A stretch of DNA of 64,000 nucleotides from NCBI RefSeq assembly GCF_016432865.1, contig NC_067399.1:550808001-550872000 (forward strand), given 5' to 3'. Source of the stretch: Antechinus flavipes (taxonomy: Eukaryota). The position numbers and the translations under genes are program-made. Shown here one piece after another: positions 63,156 to 64,000 of the stretch (its first letter is position 1; every line of letters begins with the position of its first letter). The notes beneath the pieces are model-generated. The model did not search any database, was not told the origin of the DNA, and worked only from the letters and a program-made list of their open reading frames with translations.

Positions 63156-63212
63156 CCCACCCAAGTTCATTGCTACAATACCTGAATTTTTGCCAAAGTG
63201 TTTGGCTTATTG
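63156..63212 (-). CDS. Candidate 57-bp exon (ISQTLWQKFRYCSNELGW)
   Basis: Acceptor ctctgcttggtatattctAG, donor GGG|GTGAGT, one open frame, phase 1/1. No homologue recognised. Confidence 0.2.
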
Positions 63213-63493
63213 CTAGAATATACCAAGCAGAGCACTGTTTTTGAACATTATTCTACCACTCCCTTAAACTTTCCACTTTACAAATATTTTTATATCTCTG
63301 TTTACTGCGTATTTGTAATTTTTTGGTTTTGGCATGTAAAGAAATTCTCACCAAATTAAATTAAAAGTTGAAACAGTAAACAAAAATCTATTATTAATAA
63401 TATAAATTTTTTTCTGATGCTAATCACAAATAAAATGGATCTGTGGACATTTGCACAATTGTCATGGGTATGAAAATAAAAATCATAAGAATT

Positions 63494-63636
63494 CTTCCTT
63501 TTTTTTTTTTTTTTTTTTGGCAAGGCAATTGGGGTTAAGTGACTTGTCCTGGATCACACAGCTTCAAAGTATTAAGTATCGGAGGTCGAATTTGAACCCA
63601 GGTCTTCTATCCTCTATGTCATCTAGCCTGCCCCAG
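63494..63636 (-). mobile_element. WSINE1-like SINE inserted in a MIR3
   Basis: Poly-T, gcaattggggttaagtgacttg..gaatttgaacccagg..ctagcctgcccc. Exact TSD aaatcataagaatt at 63480-63493 and 63637-63650. Confidence 0.9.
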
Positions 63637-64000
63637 AAATCATAAGAATTAAAGTGGGGAGGAACCTTAAAAATGTCCTAGTCCAGCCTCTTCATTTGAA
63701 GCTCTGAAATGATTTGCCCATTGTCACACAGCTAGTATAGTTTAAAAGGTTTTAGGGATAGGATTTAAACTGAATATTTTTTCCACTACCCCATACTATT
63801 TTCAATATTGTTGATATAAAATTGTCCCACCCTGTTCCATAAATTTAGTGAGATTTTACATATTTATTTATTTTTACTAACAACAAACCACTAATAGTAC
63901 AGAGGACCCATGAATGATAAATAAGTTGTGTTCAAAAAGTTGAAAAAGAGTTTGGTTTTAGGTTCTAAGAAAAATGCATTTCAAATTCTGTCAGATTATT

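Noticed and set aside
1-64000. CRISPR arrays, rRNA/snRNA genes, NUMTs and non-retroviral endogenous viral elements
   Set aside because: No regularly spaced repeat-spacer array and no recognisable motifs by eye. Highly decayed copies cannot be excluded without profile searches.

Overview
This is AT-rich, CpG-depleted mammalian intronic or intergenic DNA. The repeats (marsupial-type L1 3' ends, WSINE1-like and Mar1/MIR SINEs, RTE, a WALLSI-type SINE) point to a marsupial, most plausibly a dasyurid such as the Tasmanian devil. The species is inferred from repeat content only. There is one 135-bp assembly gap (23676-23810). Much of the window is transposon debris: L2, CR1/L3, MIR, L1, RTE, a Tigger1-like element, hAT remnants and LTR pieces. 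Family names were assigned from recalled consensus sequences and most boundaries are approximate. I recognise no named gene, tRNA, rRNA or CRISPR array, and every supplied ORF I could explain is repeat-derived or looks like chance. A few short segments have good splice signals and open frames, so a large host gene may pass through, but this is unconfirmed. The most notable signals are DNA-copying scars: (1) an L1 whose 5' junction carries an inverted copy of ~405 bp of neighbouring DNA between two copies of the same 74-bp L1 end; (2) a 92-bp locally templated direct insertion with a stutter junction; (3) an ERV1 transcript 3' end with poly(A) and a 15-bp TSD, the signature of L1 mobilisation; (4) a young L1 with a 35-bp 3' transduction tag. 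I found no convincing evidence of a new protein-coding system.
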